Assembly: GCA_934155625.1 (NCBI GenBank)
Contig: CAKPHD010000001.1
Span: 932-64,931 of the forward strand
Direction of reading: 5' to 3'
Origin: an uncultured Clostridia bacterium
Lineage (GTDB): Bacteria; Bacillota; Clostridia; TANB77; CAG-508
Length of the DNA stretch: 64,000 nt
The position numbers and the translations under genes were made by a program. Below, one piece after another: positions 38,909-49,200 of this stretch. The notes beneath the pieces were generated by a model, which had not been told where the DNA came from, ran no database searches, and saw nothing but the letters and a program-made list of their open reading frames with translations. Every line of letters starts with the position of its first letter. The first letter of the stretch is position 1.

Positions 38909-40801
38909 CTATACTTCCATTATAATTGGTATAATCATTGGATTTCTCTTTGTTTTAATAAATAAGTAATCACGTAAATTTTCTTTAACAGTTGATTTTA
39001 TTGTTGACCAATCACGAACTCCTCTTTCTTCGCACTTAGCAACTTCGTGTCTTACAACACTCTTTACATCATCCATTAAGTTTTCTGATTCTCTAACATA
39101 TACAAATCCTCTAGAAATTACATCTGGACCTGCAACAACTTCTCCTGTTTGAGAATCCATTGTTAATACAATAACTATAAGTCCATCTTGTGCAAGATGT
39201 TGTCTATCTCTTAAAACTATGTTTCCAACATCTCCAACACCTAATCCATCTACTAATACTCTTCCACTTGGCACAGAACCATTGAATTTTGCTTCTTCTT
39301 CGTTCATTTCTAGTACTCTACCATTTGTTAGCATGAATATATTATCTTTATCTATTCCCATTAATTCCGCTGTTTCTTGATGAGCTCTTAATTGTCTGTA
39401 TTCACCATGAACCGGTATAAAATATTTTGGTTTAGCTAAAGCTAATATTAATTTTTGCTCTTCTTGGCAAGCATGTCCAGAAACGTGAACATCTGCTAAT
39501 GCACTATATACAACTTCTGCACCTAATTGCATTAAATCATCAATTACTTTAGAAACATATTTTTCGTTTCCAGGTATTGGTGTTGCTGATATTATAATTA
39601 GGTCATTTGGTGTAATTTTTACCTTTCTATGGTCTCCTGCAGCCATTCTTGTTAATGCTGACATAGGTTCACCTTGGCTTCCTGTTGTAATAATTACAAG
39701 TTGGTCATCTGTATAACTTCCAATCATATCTATATCTATAAATAAGTTTTCTGGGCAGTCTATATATCCAAGTTCAACTGCTGTTGATATCATGTTTATC
39801 ATACTTCTACCACATACAGCTATTTTTCTTCCATATTTTACTGCTGAGTTTACAATTTGTTGAATTCTGTGTACATTTGAAGCAAATGTTGCTACAACTA
39901 TTCTTTTGGTACAATTTAGAAATAGTTTTTCAAATACTTCTCCAACAGAACTTTCTGACATTGTAAATCCTCTTCTTTCAGCATTCGTGCTATCTGCCAT
40001 TAATGCTAAGACTCCTTGTTGTCCTAATTCTGCAATTCTGCCAAAGTCCATAATTTGTCCATCTATTGGTGTATAATCTACTTTAAAGTCTCCTGTGTGT
40101 AATACAGTTCCAGCTGGTGTAGTTATTGCTAACATTACTGAATCTGGAATACTGTGTGAACTTCTAATAAATTCTACTTTAAAGTTTTTACCAAGTTTTA
40201 TTGTATCTCCTTGATTTACTATGTGCATTTCTGTACTTCTTAATAATTTATGTTCTTCTAATTTATTGCTAATTAACCCTGCAGTTAATCTAGTTGCATA
40301 TATTGGTACATTTATTTGTTTTAAGAAATATGGAATTCCTCCTATATGATCCTCATGCCCATGTGTTATAACCATTCCTTTTATTTTCTCTTGATTTTTT
40401 ACTAAGTATGTTACATCTGGTATTACTAAGTCTACTCCTAGCATATCATCTTCTGGGAATGAAATACCACAATCTACTATTATTATTTCGTCTTCATATT
40501 CAAATACTGTTATATTTTTTCCGATTTCATGTAATCCTCCTAATGGGATTATTTTTAGTTTTGATTTTTTGAATATGTCTTGTTTTTTGGTTCTTCTTGT
40601 ACTTCTTGTTTTTGTTTCTTTTTTCTTTTCTGTTTTTTCTTCGATTTTTACTTCTTTTAAATCTTTTTCTTCTTTCTTATTATAATTCTTTCTTGCTGTG
40701 TTTTTTCTAGTTGTGCTTTTTCTTTTTTCTGATGTTTTTGAAACATTTTTTGCTTTTTTTACTTGCTCTTTCTCTTTTAAAGCATTGTTTTCCTCTGTCA
40801 T
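38909..40801 (-). CDS. rnj: Ribonuclease J with a Lys-rich N-terminal extension
   Basis: Beta-lactamase HxHxDH motif ITHGHEDHIGG. Beta-CASP plus C-terminal domain. Confidence 0.88.
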   Translation of the reverse strand: MTEENNALKEKEQVKKAKNVSKTSEKRKSTTRKNTARKNYNKKEEKDLKEVKIEEKTEKKKETKTRSTRRTKKQDIFKKSKLKIIPLGGLHEIGKNITVFEYEDEIIIVDCGISFPEDDMLGVDLVIPDVTYLVKNQEKIKGMVITHGHEDHIGGIPYFLKQINVPIYATRLTAGLISNKLEEHKLLRSTEMHIVNQGDTIKLGKNFKVEFIRSSHSIPDSVMLAITTPAGTVLHTGDFKVDYTPIDGQIMDFGRIAELGQQGVLALMADSTNAERRGFTMSESSVGEVFEKLFLNCTKRIVVATFASNVHRIQQIVNSAVKYGRKIAVCGRSMINMISTAVELGYIDCPENLFIDIDMIGSYTDDQLVIITTGSQGEPMSALTRMAAGDHRKVKITPNDLIIISATPIPGNEKYVSKVIDDLMQLGAEVVYSALADVHVSGHACQEEQKLILALAKPKYFIPVHGEYRQLRAHQETAELMGIDKDNIFMLTNGRVLEMNEEEAKFNGSVPSGRVLVDGLGVGDVGNIVLRDRQHLAQDGLIVIVLTMDSQTGEVVAGPDVISRGFVYVRESENLMDDVKSVVRHEVAKCEERGVRDWSTIKSTVKENLRDYLFIKTKRNPMIIPIIMEV

Positions 40802-41032
40802 AATCTAAATTTTCTCCTTTCTATATCTTATAAGTTTATTAAATTTCATTTTACGTACATCACTAATAGAAAGTCCACTAATACACATGAACTTTTTTAT
40901 ATTCATGCAATTTAAACTTTTTCTATTTTCCGCTCTTTTAATTATTCGCTTTTTCTCTCTCTTTAATACATTAAAATAAAATCTCTTCTTTGCCCTTTTG
41001 GCAACCTGATATAGATTATAACAGATTCTAAA

Positions 41033-41057
41033 AATGTTGTCAAGTTGACAACATTAT
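41033..41057 (-). terminator. Perfect 11-bp-arm palindrome, aatgttgtcaa-g-ttgacaacatt, followed by a T-run on the minus strand. Either a terminator for 41059..41514 or an operator.
   Basis: Read directly. Confidence 0.5.
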
Positions 41058-41058
41058 G

Positions 41059-41514
41059 TTATCTTTTTATCTTTGATATATCAATTATATTTTGCATTTT
41101 TCCTACATTTGGATCTCCTAATTTTTTAGATATTGTAAGATCAAATTGTGTTAATATATCAAGTAGTTCATTATGGTCATTTTTTCTATCTTTTTCGTAT
41201 TTTTCCCAGCACTTTTCGTTTCGTTCCCAACGTTTGTCATTTTCCTCCCAACGTTTGTCGTTCTCCTCCCAACGTTTGTCATTTTCCTCCCAACGTTTGT
41301 TGTTCTCCTCCCAACGCTTGGTATTCTCTGCCCATAGTCTTTTGTTTTCCTCCCAATGAGCATTCTCAATTTCTCTACTCTTTTGTATTTCTCTCTTATT
41401 TTCTTTTATCTCAGCTCTTAACTCATTAAAAGAAGCTGTTGTTTGTAATTGAAATGTATTTAATGCTTGTCCTAGTTGTAATACTTGTTCTAGTATTTGA
41501 TCATTGTCAACCAT
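41059..41514 (-). CDS. Hypothetical coiled-coil protein with 7 tandem 8-aa repeats (N/D)xKRWEEN encoded by 24-bp DNA repeats
   Basis: AAGGAGG RBS 8 nt before the ATG at 41514. Repeat DNA at about 41212-41360. Confidence 0.6.
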   Translation of the reverse strand: MVDNDQILEQVLQLGQALNTFQLQTTASFNELRAEIKENKREIQKSREIENAHWEENKRLWAENTKRWEENNKRWEENDKRWEENDKRWEENDKRWERNEKCWEKYEKDRKNDHNELLDILTQFDLTISKKLGDPNVGKMQNIIDISKIKR

Positions 41515-41726
41515 ATTATTAACCTCCTTAAAATTTTGATTCAATCTAAAAATAGATTTAATTATTATGATGTAAAACCTCATATTGAAAAAACAATAAA
41601 TATTTGAATATAAAATAAAAATATCATAAAAAATCTGTCTACATTATACATTCTCATTTAGCTATTGTCAAGAAAATTTTTTCGACAAATTTTGACTTTT
41701 TTATACAGATAAAAAACTTTCCAAAA

Positions 41727-41756
41727 AGGTACCGCAAAGAACCGGTCCCAAAAATC
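41727..41756. repeat. Single unit of the dispersed repeat
   Basis: ggtaccgcaaagaaccggtcccaaaaa. Confidence 0.75.
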
Positions 41757-41769
41757 CCTCATTATACTA

Positions 41770-41805
41770 TAAAAAAACCGGCAAATAAATTTGTCGGTTT
41801 TTTAT
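41770..41805. terminator. Bidirectional rho-independent terminator closing the minus-strand surface locus (aaaaaaaccggcaaataaatttgtcggtttttt)
   Basis: 9-bp stem with a flanking A-run and T-run. Confidence 0.65.
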
Positions 41806-41811
41806 ATCTAA

Positions 41812-43089
41812 TTAATTATTATCAGTACCAGCTTTGCTTAGTCCTACGTTAATTGTCATACCTCCACCAAGTGAAGCGTAGTTAATACAGTCAACGTCTT
41901 GTCCTTCTAGCCATACATACATTCTCATTTTTACATATTTACCAGGTGCTATAGAGAAATTAGAAGTACCATCTTTAGCACTTTTTAAATCAGTTACATT
42001 TTCAACTCCTGCATTAGTTGTTTGAACTGTATTTTGTTTTGTTAATCCATTTACAGTTGTTGTTGCTGATTTACAATCATAAATATCTTTGATACTTCCT
42101 ACTAAATCAGTTCTTCCATCTGTATCTTTTAGTTCTTTTGCAGTAAGTGATTTTGATGTTAAAGCATATGTTGGTAATGCTGTATCAGCAGCAAATTTTC
42201 CATTTGTAATTCCTGTTGGAGCTGTATTTCCTGTTGCAGCATCAAATGATAATCTGTTATTATTTGTTACTATGTAATCAACGTGTGCAGCATATTTTGT
42301 TACAGTTTGCTCTGTTTTTTCTTCTGCACCACTAGCATTTGGCTCCCATATAGTAGCATCTGTTATGTTCTTTCCTGATACTGCATTTAAAATTGCTTGT
42401 TGGCTTGAATCTGTAGCACCAACATCTACTGCTGAAGTATCATCAAATAATGCAAAAGCTACTCTGAATGAGTTTTGAACACCTGTTGATTCTTTTGATT
42501 TTGTTTTTAAATCAATACTTGAATTGGGTTCTAGTCTAAGATTGTCTCTAGTTCCTGCTGTAATAGCTGATGCAGCTGTAGAGTTCATTAAGAATAAATC
42601 AATAGCGAAATATCCTTTATCATTTATTGTTATATCTGCATCTGTAGCAATATTCTTAATACCAGTTAATTTTATACCTGATGTGTTTGTTCCTCTGTAC
42701 ATATTAAAGTCTTGTAATCCTATACCTTCTGTCTCTTGTGCTGTTGTTGAAACTGGTAATAATTCACTTGGAACTGCATTTTCACGTCCAGCATATGGTT
42801 TCTTTAAAGATAATTTGTCAGCATCTTGTTTTCCAACATTTTCTGTTGCAAAATATGATTCCATTCCTGTGTCTGACAAATCAATTTCGTTTGCCCAGTT
42901 CTTTCCGTCTAATGATACTTGTAGACCTTCTGCTACATTTACTTTACCATCTAGTCCACTTAATGTTACGTTTTTCTGCGTAGAGAACCACGCATATGTT
43001 GATACTATCAATAAGATAGCTGTGAATGCTACTAATAAAATTAGAGCATTTAATCTTTTTCTTGAGTCTTTTTGATTTTTTTCTCTCAT
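41812..43089 (-). CDS. TasA/camelysin-superfamily secreted protein with SipW-cognate signal peptide (STYAWFS), 425 aa
   Basis: N-terminal TM followed by the AWF motif. The C-terminal strand YVWLEGQD resembles TasA FEATQWNG. Confidence 0.65.
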   Translation of the reverse strand: MREKNQKDSRKRLNALILLVAFTAILLIVSTYAWFSTQKNVTLSGLDGKVNVAEGLQVSLDGKNWANEIDLSDTGMESYFATENVGKQDADKLSLKKPYAGRENAVPSELLPVSTTAQETEGIGLQDFNMYRGTNTSGIKLTGIKNIATDADITINDKGYFAIDLFLMNSTAASAITAGTRDNLRLEPNSSIDLKTKSKESTGVQNSFRVAFALFDDTSAVDVGATDSSQQAILNAVSGKNITDATIWEPNASGAEEKTEQTVTKYAAHVDYIVTNNNRLSFDAATGNTAPTGITNGKFAADTALPTYALTSKSLTAKELKDTDGRTDLVGSIKDIYDCKSATTTVNGLTKQNTVQTTNAGVENVTDLKSAKDGTSNFSIAPGKYVKMRMYVWLEGQDVDCINYASLGGGMTINVGLSKAGTDNN

Positions 43090-43182
43090 TTTTTTCTTCC
43101 TTCCTTTTCTTTTATTTTCTTTATATTTGTAAATTTTATAAACATATTTAATCTTTCGTGCCTATTCTAATTGCACATAATT

Positions 43183-43968
43183 TTATCTTCTGTTTTGTGA
43201 AGTATCATTTTCTTGTAATATATGTTCTTCAGTAAGAGTCATATGCATTTTTATTTCTCCACCAATCAAATCATCTTTGCATTCTGGATCATCTCCCTCT
43301 ATCCAAACAACAACAGTCCATTTATCAATGTCACCTACTTTAAAGTTTTCTGAGAAGTCTAGCATAACAGTATCATCATCCTTGAATGACACTGTATCTG
43401 GCTCAGGCTGTCCTGTTTCTCTGTTGTTTTTTGCATAAATAACTTTTTCACCATTTTTAAAGACCATAACTCTAATTGCTTCATCTACATTTTTTACTAC
43501 ATCATCTATCTTTATGGTTGTCCAATAATTTATAGTATCTTGTCCCATATTTTCTGCATAGAATGTATAAGCTATGTAGTTTCTGCCATTATGTGAACCA
43601 TCACCTTCATTGTCAATATTTTCTGGTAACCAGTTAACAGATATATCAGTAAAAAAGTCTATATCTTTTGATCTTAGGAATGTTCTAGTATATTTATTAG
43701 CTTGATCTTCATATATTACCAATCCACTCTCTCGTCCATATTCACTGTCAAGTGTTACTGTAAAATTTTCGCCTCTATAGAACATTGATAAAATAATATA
43801 TATATTTATCATAAATAATACTATTATTCCAAGCAATACTCTAAAAACTACTTGCCTAGTCTTTTTTCGTTTTTCTTTTTTTGCCTTTTCTTCTAGTTTT
43901 TGACCGGCTGTTGTTGCATCAATTTGTTCTTCAAGTGTTGGTTCGTTTTTTGTTGTATCATTCGCCAT
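43183..43968 (-). CDS. Single-pass membrane protein with a TasA-like C-terminal domain (VVVWIEGDD)
   Basis: Cytoplasmic K/E-rich N-terminus, one TM segment. The C-terminus is homologous to 41812..43089. Confidence 0.5.
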   Translation of the reverse strand: MANDTTKNEPTLEEQIDATTAGQKLEEKAKKEKRKKTRQVVFRVLLGIIVLFMINIYIILSMFYRGENFTVTLDSEYGRESGLVIYEDQANKYTRTFLRSKDIDFFTDISVNWLPENIDNEGDGSHNGRNYIAYTFYAENMGQDTINYWTTIKIDDVVKNVDEAIRVMVFKNGEKVIYAKNNRETGQPEPDTVSFKDDDTVMLDFSENFKVGDIDKWTVVVWIEGDDPECKDDLIGGEIKMHMTLTEEHILQENDTSQNRR

Positions 43969-44113
43969 AATCTCACCTGGTCCTTCAAAAAAAATTTTTT
44001 TTCAACAATTTCTATTATTAGTATACTCAATCTCCATTTCAAAGTCAATAAAATTTATATTACATTTATATTACATTTTTATTACAATTCTTCTAGTTCT
44101 ATTTTTTCAATAT

Positions 44114-44812
44114 TTACTTATTTTTTCGTATTATTGAACTTGTTATTTTTACAACAATTTCTATTGCTTTAGAAGAATCATTTTCTTCATCTTTATAAAA
44201 TTGGTAAGCATCTTTACCAAATTTTGTATCTAATATATCTTTAGCTAGATTTTCGTCATCATTTCCTGTTCCTTGATATTTCCAGCTTACATTAAATTTA
44301 ACAGTAGCTAAAGCATCTGGAGTTGTTGTATCATCTACATATTCCCCATCAATTCTTGTTTTATCGTATGTATAACTAACATTAAATGGATAAACAGTAT
44401 CATCTGCAAACAAATTAACTGTGTTACCATTAGTTTGGATTCCTCCGTCTTCTTTTAACTGATCTAACACTTCTTTTCCAAATACTTTAACAGAAGTTAT
44501 TTCACACTCAATTTTTGAACTTGTTGTGCTTAAATTACGTATGTGTACTGTATCTTCTCTATTTGGCATTCCTGGGTATAATTCATCAATTGTAAAAGTG
44601 TAATCTTCATCTAAAACTTCTTTATCCTCAACATAATATGTAACATCCCACGGTGTTATATCAGCTTCTAAGCCATTTAATTTTACTGCTTCGTTTATAT
44701 TAAACCATGCATAGGTATTTACTATTAATATTACAGAAAATATCATTACTAATCTAACCCTAGACGCAACACTTCGCTTTTTCGCTCGTCTGAATTCACG
44801 TAATATATTCAT
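44114..44812 (-). CDS. TasA/camelysin-like secreted protein with SipW-cognate signal (NTYAWFN)
   Basis: FNVSWKYQGTGND C-terminal motif. Paralogue of the N-terminal domain of 30287..31927. Confidence 0.65.
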   Translation of the reverse strand: MNILREFRRAKKRSVASRVRLVMIFSVILIVNTYAWFNINEAVKLNGLEADITPWDVTYYVEDKEVLDEDYTFTIDELYPGMPNREDTVHIRNLSTTSSKIECEITSVKVFGKEVLDQLKEDGGIQTNGNTVNLFADDTVYPFNVSYTYDKTRIDGEYVDDTTTPDALATVKFNVSWKYQGTGNDDENLAKDILDTKFGKDAYQFYKDEENDSSKAIEIVVKITSSIIRKNK

Positions 44813-44846
44813 AAACCCTCCATTCTATCTTTTGTCAATAATAATC

Positions 44847-45569
44847 TTATTCTTCCTCTGTATCATCATCGTCTTCTATTTCTTCGTCTTCTTCGTATTC
44901 GTATTCGTCATCATCATCTTCTTCATCATCATTATCTTCATCTTCGGCTTCAATCTCATCTTCGTCCTCATCATAATCTATATACTTACTAGCTTCATTC
45001 AATTTTTGAATTTTCTTCTTTTTTCTTGGACTTCTAAATGCAATAAACACATTTAAAGATAATACAATAATGATAACAAATACAGAATATATATTAGTTG
45101 CTAATTTATATAAAATAGTTAAAATATCTGATTGATACTTTACAACACCATATATTTGGTCTGCCTTAATTTGAGGATCTTCTACACTACTGCTATGCAA
45201 ACCTTTGGCATGAAAATTCAAATTTCCATTTGCATCAGTATCAATTCCAACAACACTATGCATGATTATCTTTCCATTATAATCACCATATTTTCCAAGA
45301 TATACTATATCATCTCCAACTTTTATTTTTTTAGGATCAGTCTCTTTACTAATAACAACTTCTCCAACATCATATTCCGGCTCCATACTTCCTGTAATTA
45401 CCCTGAACATCCTATATCCGGCAATTGATTTATTATTAGCTGTAACTTTTTGCATTATTATTACTGCAGCAACTATCAAGCACAATATAACAAGTATTTG
45501 ATATAATATCTTGAGTATTATTTTTATTATTCCTTTTTTATTACTCTTTGGCTTAATATTCCCCCACAT
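44847..45569 (-). CDS. sipW: Signal peptidase I, SipW/S26B type, with a 45-aa poly-acidic C-terminal tail
   Basis: ITGSMEP Ser motif. MHSVVGI His region. C-terminal TM, then a D/E-rich tail. Confidence 0.75.
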   Translation of the reverse strand: MWGNIKPKSNKKGIIKIILKILYQILVILCLIVAAVIIMQKVTANNKSIAGYRMFRVITGSMEPEYDVGEVVISKETDPKKIKVGDDIVYLGKYGDYNGKIIMHSVVGIDTDANGNLNFHAKGLHSSSVEDPQIKADQIYGVVKYQSDILTILYKLATNIYSVFVIIIVLSLNVFIAFRSPRKKKKIQKLNEASKYIDYDEDEDEIEAEDEDNDDEEDDDDEYEYEEDEEIEDDDDTEEE

Positions 45570-45584
45570 AATCTTTTCCCTCTT

Positions 45585-46193
45585 CTACACATTGTAATTA
45601 TCTCTCAGTTTCTTTAGCTCATATTTTTTTCTTTTTATTTTTCTAGTATTTTTCTGTTTATCTTTTAGACTAACTAATACATATAAAATTATTACAAAAA
45701 TCAATATATTTATAAATCCTCTTAAATTCTGTATATAATGCACTACTTTTCCGAGTTTTGGAATTGTAAATAAGACTTTTCCATAGACATTTTTAAATTC
45801 TACAGGATCTTTATCTTGTACATCATTATTATCTCCTTTTGTAATAAATTTCAAATTTTCATTTTCTTTAGTAATTTCAAATATTCTATGAGAAATTACT
45901 CTATCACCTTGTTTAAAAGTTATAATTTCGCCCTTTTTCAATTCGTCTAATTTACTTTTTTGAACAATTGCTAAATCATCTTTATAAAATGTTGGCTCCA
46001 TACTTTCTGAAACTATATTAAACATATAAATTCCTAAAACATGAGTATCTTCTTCAAAAGATAATATTAGATTAATTATAAAAAGTATTATTAAACTAAC
46101 CAGTATTATACACTTAAAAACTTTTTTTGTCATCTTTTTATTTTTTATTTTATTAGAAATTTTATCTACATCATATTCCAATTTTGCTCTCAC
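45585..46193 (-). CDS. Signal peptidase I, SipW/S26B type (second copy)
   Basis: VSESMEP, VISHRIF, C-terminal TM. Confidence 0.7.
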   Translation of the reverse strand: MRAKLEYDVDKISNKIKNKKMTKKVFKCIILVSLIILFIINLILSFEEDTHVLGIYMFNIVSESMEPTFYKDDLAIVQKSKLDELKKGEIITFKQGDRVISHRIFEITKENENLKFITKGDNNDVQDKDPVEFKNVYGKVLFTIPKLGKVVHYIQNLRGFINILIFVIILYVLVSLKDKQKNTRKIKRKKYELKKLRDNYNV

Positions 46194-46214
46194 CTTATAC
46201 TATTTTCTTTTGCA

Positions 46215-47834
46215 TTATTTTTTTAGCATCTCTTTTACAGATGTAATATATTCTAAATCTTCTATAGAAAATTTGCTTTTTTGAATATTGTTGTAATTAT
46301 TAACAATTTTAACCTTTTTTATCAAATCTTCTATATTATCCTCTTGAAAATTCTCTTTTGAAACTTGCATTCCAAACAATTTATATTTGTCTTTTATTAT
46401 AACTGCCAATTCTTTGGTATCACTTATTTTTATATAATTGATTACTGTAAAATCAGAAAAATTAATAAAATCTCTAATTTTCTTAGCAGTTTCTCCAATT
46501 TCTTTATCTGTAATTTCTTCATTCTTTTTAATCATAGCTTTTGCCATAAACCAATAATGATTACTTGCTAGTTTTAATACATCTAATAAAGAGGATGTAT
46601 CATCTATATTTTTAACAATTCTTTGTCTTAAAATTTCATCATCTAATTGCATATATGCTTTTTTCAACTCTAAAATTAAATTATTTCTTTGTAATATAGT
46701 TGCAGTATCTTTCTTTATATTTGAATTTTTTCTACCAAATAATCCTTTTTTAGGTTTGTTAATTTTTGCATTTAATTTAAATATATCAGATTTCAATTTT
46801 TTAATATTTTCTTTAGTTAAATCATAATCTGTTTTTTTCACTTTTTTACTTTTATTTTCTTCAATCTTTTTAAGTTCTTCTTCTTTTATTTGCAATATTT
46901 CTTCAACTAGAAATCTATATTCAGAATATGTTGAATATTCATCTAAATTATCATTTAATTTTCTAATATTTTCGTCCATTTCTGCCTTTTCAGATTCTGA
47001 TAAATCAGAAATGTTTTTAGAAATTAATTCAAAATACATTTTCTGATAATTATCGCCTTTATAATCATTTATATTAAAAGCACCTGTATAAAATTTATCA
47101 AGAATGATTTTATTATCTGTAGCTTCAATAGAATTTTTCTTTTTAATTAATTCAGATTTCTTTTCTTCAACTCCCTCTGAAGTTGACTTAAATTCTTTTA
47201 ATATTTCCTCTGATTTACTTTCATAAAATTTATCAATTTCGCTTTCATATTTATCATAAATATATCTGATATTTGCATATAAATGAGCAACTACATCTGA
47301 ACATTCCCAATATACTTTTTCAAATGTGTTTTTTATTAACTCTGAATTTATGTTTCCATTTTGTGCTTCTTGTAATAAAATAACCATATATTTTTTTGAA
47401 TATTCACTTATATTAAAATCCTCTTCTGATAATCTAATTCCCACAGCCTCAAACTTTTTAACACATTCTATTAATTCAGTATTTAATCTTTCCAAATTAC
47501 TTTTATAATATCCATTTACATTGTAGATTATTTTATCAAGTCCCATTTTCTCAAATGAAGAACGAGTATCTGTATTTTTTACAGCAACATCATATTTTAA
47601 AATTTCTGTCTCTATTTGAGGAATTTCTTTGTTTTCTTCAACTGCAGTAAGTTCGTCATATCTAGTTTCAATTTCTTTTAATAAAGCTGTATTTGCTGCT
47701 TCATATTTATCTGTCATATCTTTTATAGTTTCTAATAAAGATTTTATTGCTTTTATTCCATTCCTTGGTAGAACTGAAATAACTTCTTTATCTGTTGCTA
47801 TTTGTTTTTCTACATTTTCTACTAATTCTTTCAT
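46215..47834 (-). CDS. Hypothetical cytoplasmic coiled-coil protein (539 aa)
   Basis: No TM segment or signal peptide. K/E-rich heptads. Confidence 0.5.
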   Translation of the reverse strand: MKELVENVEKQIATDKEVISVLPRNGIKAIKSLLETIKDMTDKYEAANTALLKEIETRYDELTAVEENKEIPQIETEILKYDVAVKNTDTRSSFEKMGLDKIIYNVNGYYKSNLERLNTELIECVKKFEAVGIRLSEEDFNISEYSKKYMVILLQEAQNGNINSELIKNTFEKVYWECSDVVAHLYANIRYIYDKYESEIDKFYESKSEEILKEFKSTSEGVEEKKSELIKKKNSIEATDNKIILDKFYTGAFNINDYKGDNYQKMYFELISKNISDLSESEKAEMDENIRKLNDNLDEYSTYSEYRFLVEEILQIKEEELKKIEENKSKKVKKTDYDLTKENIKKLKSDIFKLNAKINKPKKGLFGRKNSNIKKDTATILQRNNLILELKKAYMQLDDEILRQRIVKNIDDTSSLLDVLKLASNHYWFMAKAMIKKNEEITDKEIGETAKKIRDFINFSDFTVINYIKISDTKELAVIIKDKYKLFGMQVSKENFQEDNIEDLIKKVKIVNNYNNIQKSKFSIEDLEYITSVKEMLKK

Positions 47835-47968
47835 GAATTTTCCTCCTCTAATTTTTTGACAGTATCATATTCAGTATTTAAAAATTTTAGAAAACTTTCT
47901 ATTTGTTTTTGTACATCAAGTAATTCTTTATTTTCTAATTTTGATGTTTTAATATTTTTTATTTCCAA
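47831..47968 (-). CDS. Possible small ORF (45 aa, TTG or GTG start) translationally coupled (ATGA) to 46215..47834
   Basis: GAGGGGTGAG RBS. Its stop overlaps the downstream start. Confidence 0.3.
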   Translation of the reverse strand: MEIKNIKTSKLENKELLDVQKQIESFLKFLNTEYDTVKKLEEENS

Positions 47969-47985
47969 AAAACTCACCCCTCATT

Positions 47986-48624
47986 TTATTGATTTATATA
48001 TTGTTTAAAGTTTAAAGTTGCCCTGTAATTTAAAAGTGTATGCAACTCTTTTTCGTCTGTACTAGCTTCACCTTTGAACTCTGTATCAGCCTTATTGTTC
48101 ATAGTGCTACCTTCACCATCATTCCATCTAAATAGAACTTTTACTTCACGCTTTTTTTCACCTGAACTATTTAGTTCTGTTGTTGGATCTATTACTCCTT
48201 TAATTTCTTTAGTTTCTGTTACTGTAGATTTATCGCCATCCACAATTTCATATCCATATACCTCAAAATCTGCCAATTTAGTATTATTTAATTGTTCTAT
48301 AGAAAAGTCATATTCAAATGCTAAATCTACATATGTATAATCAATTACTAAGTCAAAATATCCAGTTCTGCCTGGAACTAAAGTATTGTTGTTGTTCATA
48401 TTTTCATCTTCAACAATAACTGGTTGAACAACTTCACTAAGTGTTGATTCCTCATGTATTACATGGTCATTTACTTTAATTAACCATCTTTTAATATGTG
48501 TATCATAAGTTGTATCAACTTTTTCAAAATATCTCGCATATGTTCTTTGTATTGATATAAATGTAATCAATAATGAGATAATACATAAAACTTGTAAAAT
48601 TCTCAACTTATTCTTTTTCTTCAT
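47986..48624 (-). CDS. TasA/camelysin-like secreted protein (212 aa), paralogue of 54112..54753
   Basis: Signal peptide followed by TYARYF. VLFRWNDGEGS resembles TasA FEATQWNG. Confidence 0.65.
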   Translation of the reverse strand: MKKKNKLRILQVLCIISLLITFISIQRTYARYFEKVDTTYDTHIKRWLIKVNDHVIHEESTLSEVVQPVIVEDENMNNNNTLVPGRTGYFDLVIDYTYVDLAFEYDFSIEQLNNTKLADFEVYGYEIVDGDKSTVTETKEIKGVIDPTTELNSSGEKKREVKVLFRWNDGEGSTMNNKADTEFKGEASTDEKELHTLLNYRATLNFKQYINQ

Positions 48625-49198
48625 TCATATGTCTCCCTTTAAATATTCTAAATCCTAGGTATATAGTTAATGGCAATATTCCACAAAAGTAAAATACATA
48701 TTTATTATTTAGTAGCATACAAATTAAAGATAAAATATATAATTTGGTTTGAACTACACCATTAATTTGACCTCCATATACAACAGGGTCTTCCAAATTA
48801 TTCGCAATACCTTTTGTATGGAATGCTTTTTGACCATCTATTTCTTCAATATCAATGACTCTGTGGGTTATAAGTAAACCTTTTACAGAACTAGCCTCAC
48901 CATGATATGTTACATCATCTCCAACTTTTATTTGGTTAATATCTTTTTCTTTTACTAAGATAACATCTCCAACATTATATTTGGGAATCATACTTCCTGT
49001 TTGAACTCTGAATATTCTATATCCAAAAAATGATTCTTTATTATTTGTTACTTTTTGTACAACTATTATTATACAAATCAAAATTATTATAATTGTTATT
49101 ATTCTTGATATAATACTTTTAATTATGTGTAATGAACGATTTTTTTTTAACGTACTTTTTGCTTCTTTTTGCTCGTTTTCTTCTCTTTTGTTTTCCAT
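48608..49198 (-). CDS. Signal peptidase I, SipW/S26B type (third copy)
   Basis: QTGSMIP, ITHRVIDI. Confidence 0.7.
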   Translation of the reverse strand: MENKREENEQKEAKSTLKKNRSLHIIKSIISRIITIIIILICIIIVVQKVTNNKESFFGYRIFRVQTGSMIPKYNVGDVILVKEKDINQIKVGDDVTYHGEASSVKGLLITHRVIDIEEIDGQKAFHTKGIANNLEDPVVYGGQINGVVQTKLYILSLICMLLNNKYVFYFCGILPLTIYLGFRIFKGRHMNEEKE

Positions 49199-49200
49199 TT

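Noticed and set aside
41148-41429. Plus-strand ORFs (93 and 104 aa) and a minus-strand 72-aa ORF overlapping the KRWEEN repeat gene
   Set aside because: These are alternative-frame translations of the 24-bp tandem repeat. Only the frame with the strong RBS and non-degenerate flanks is credible.
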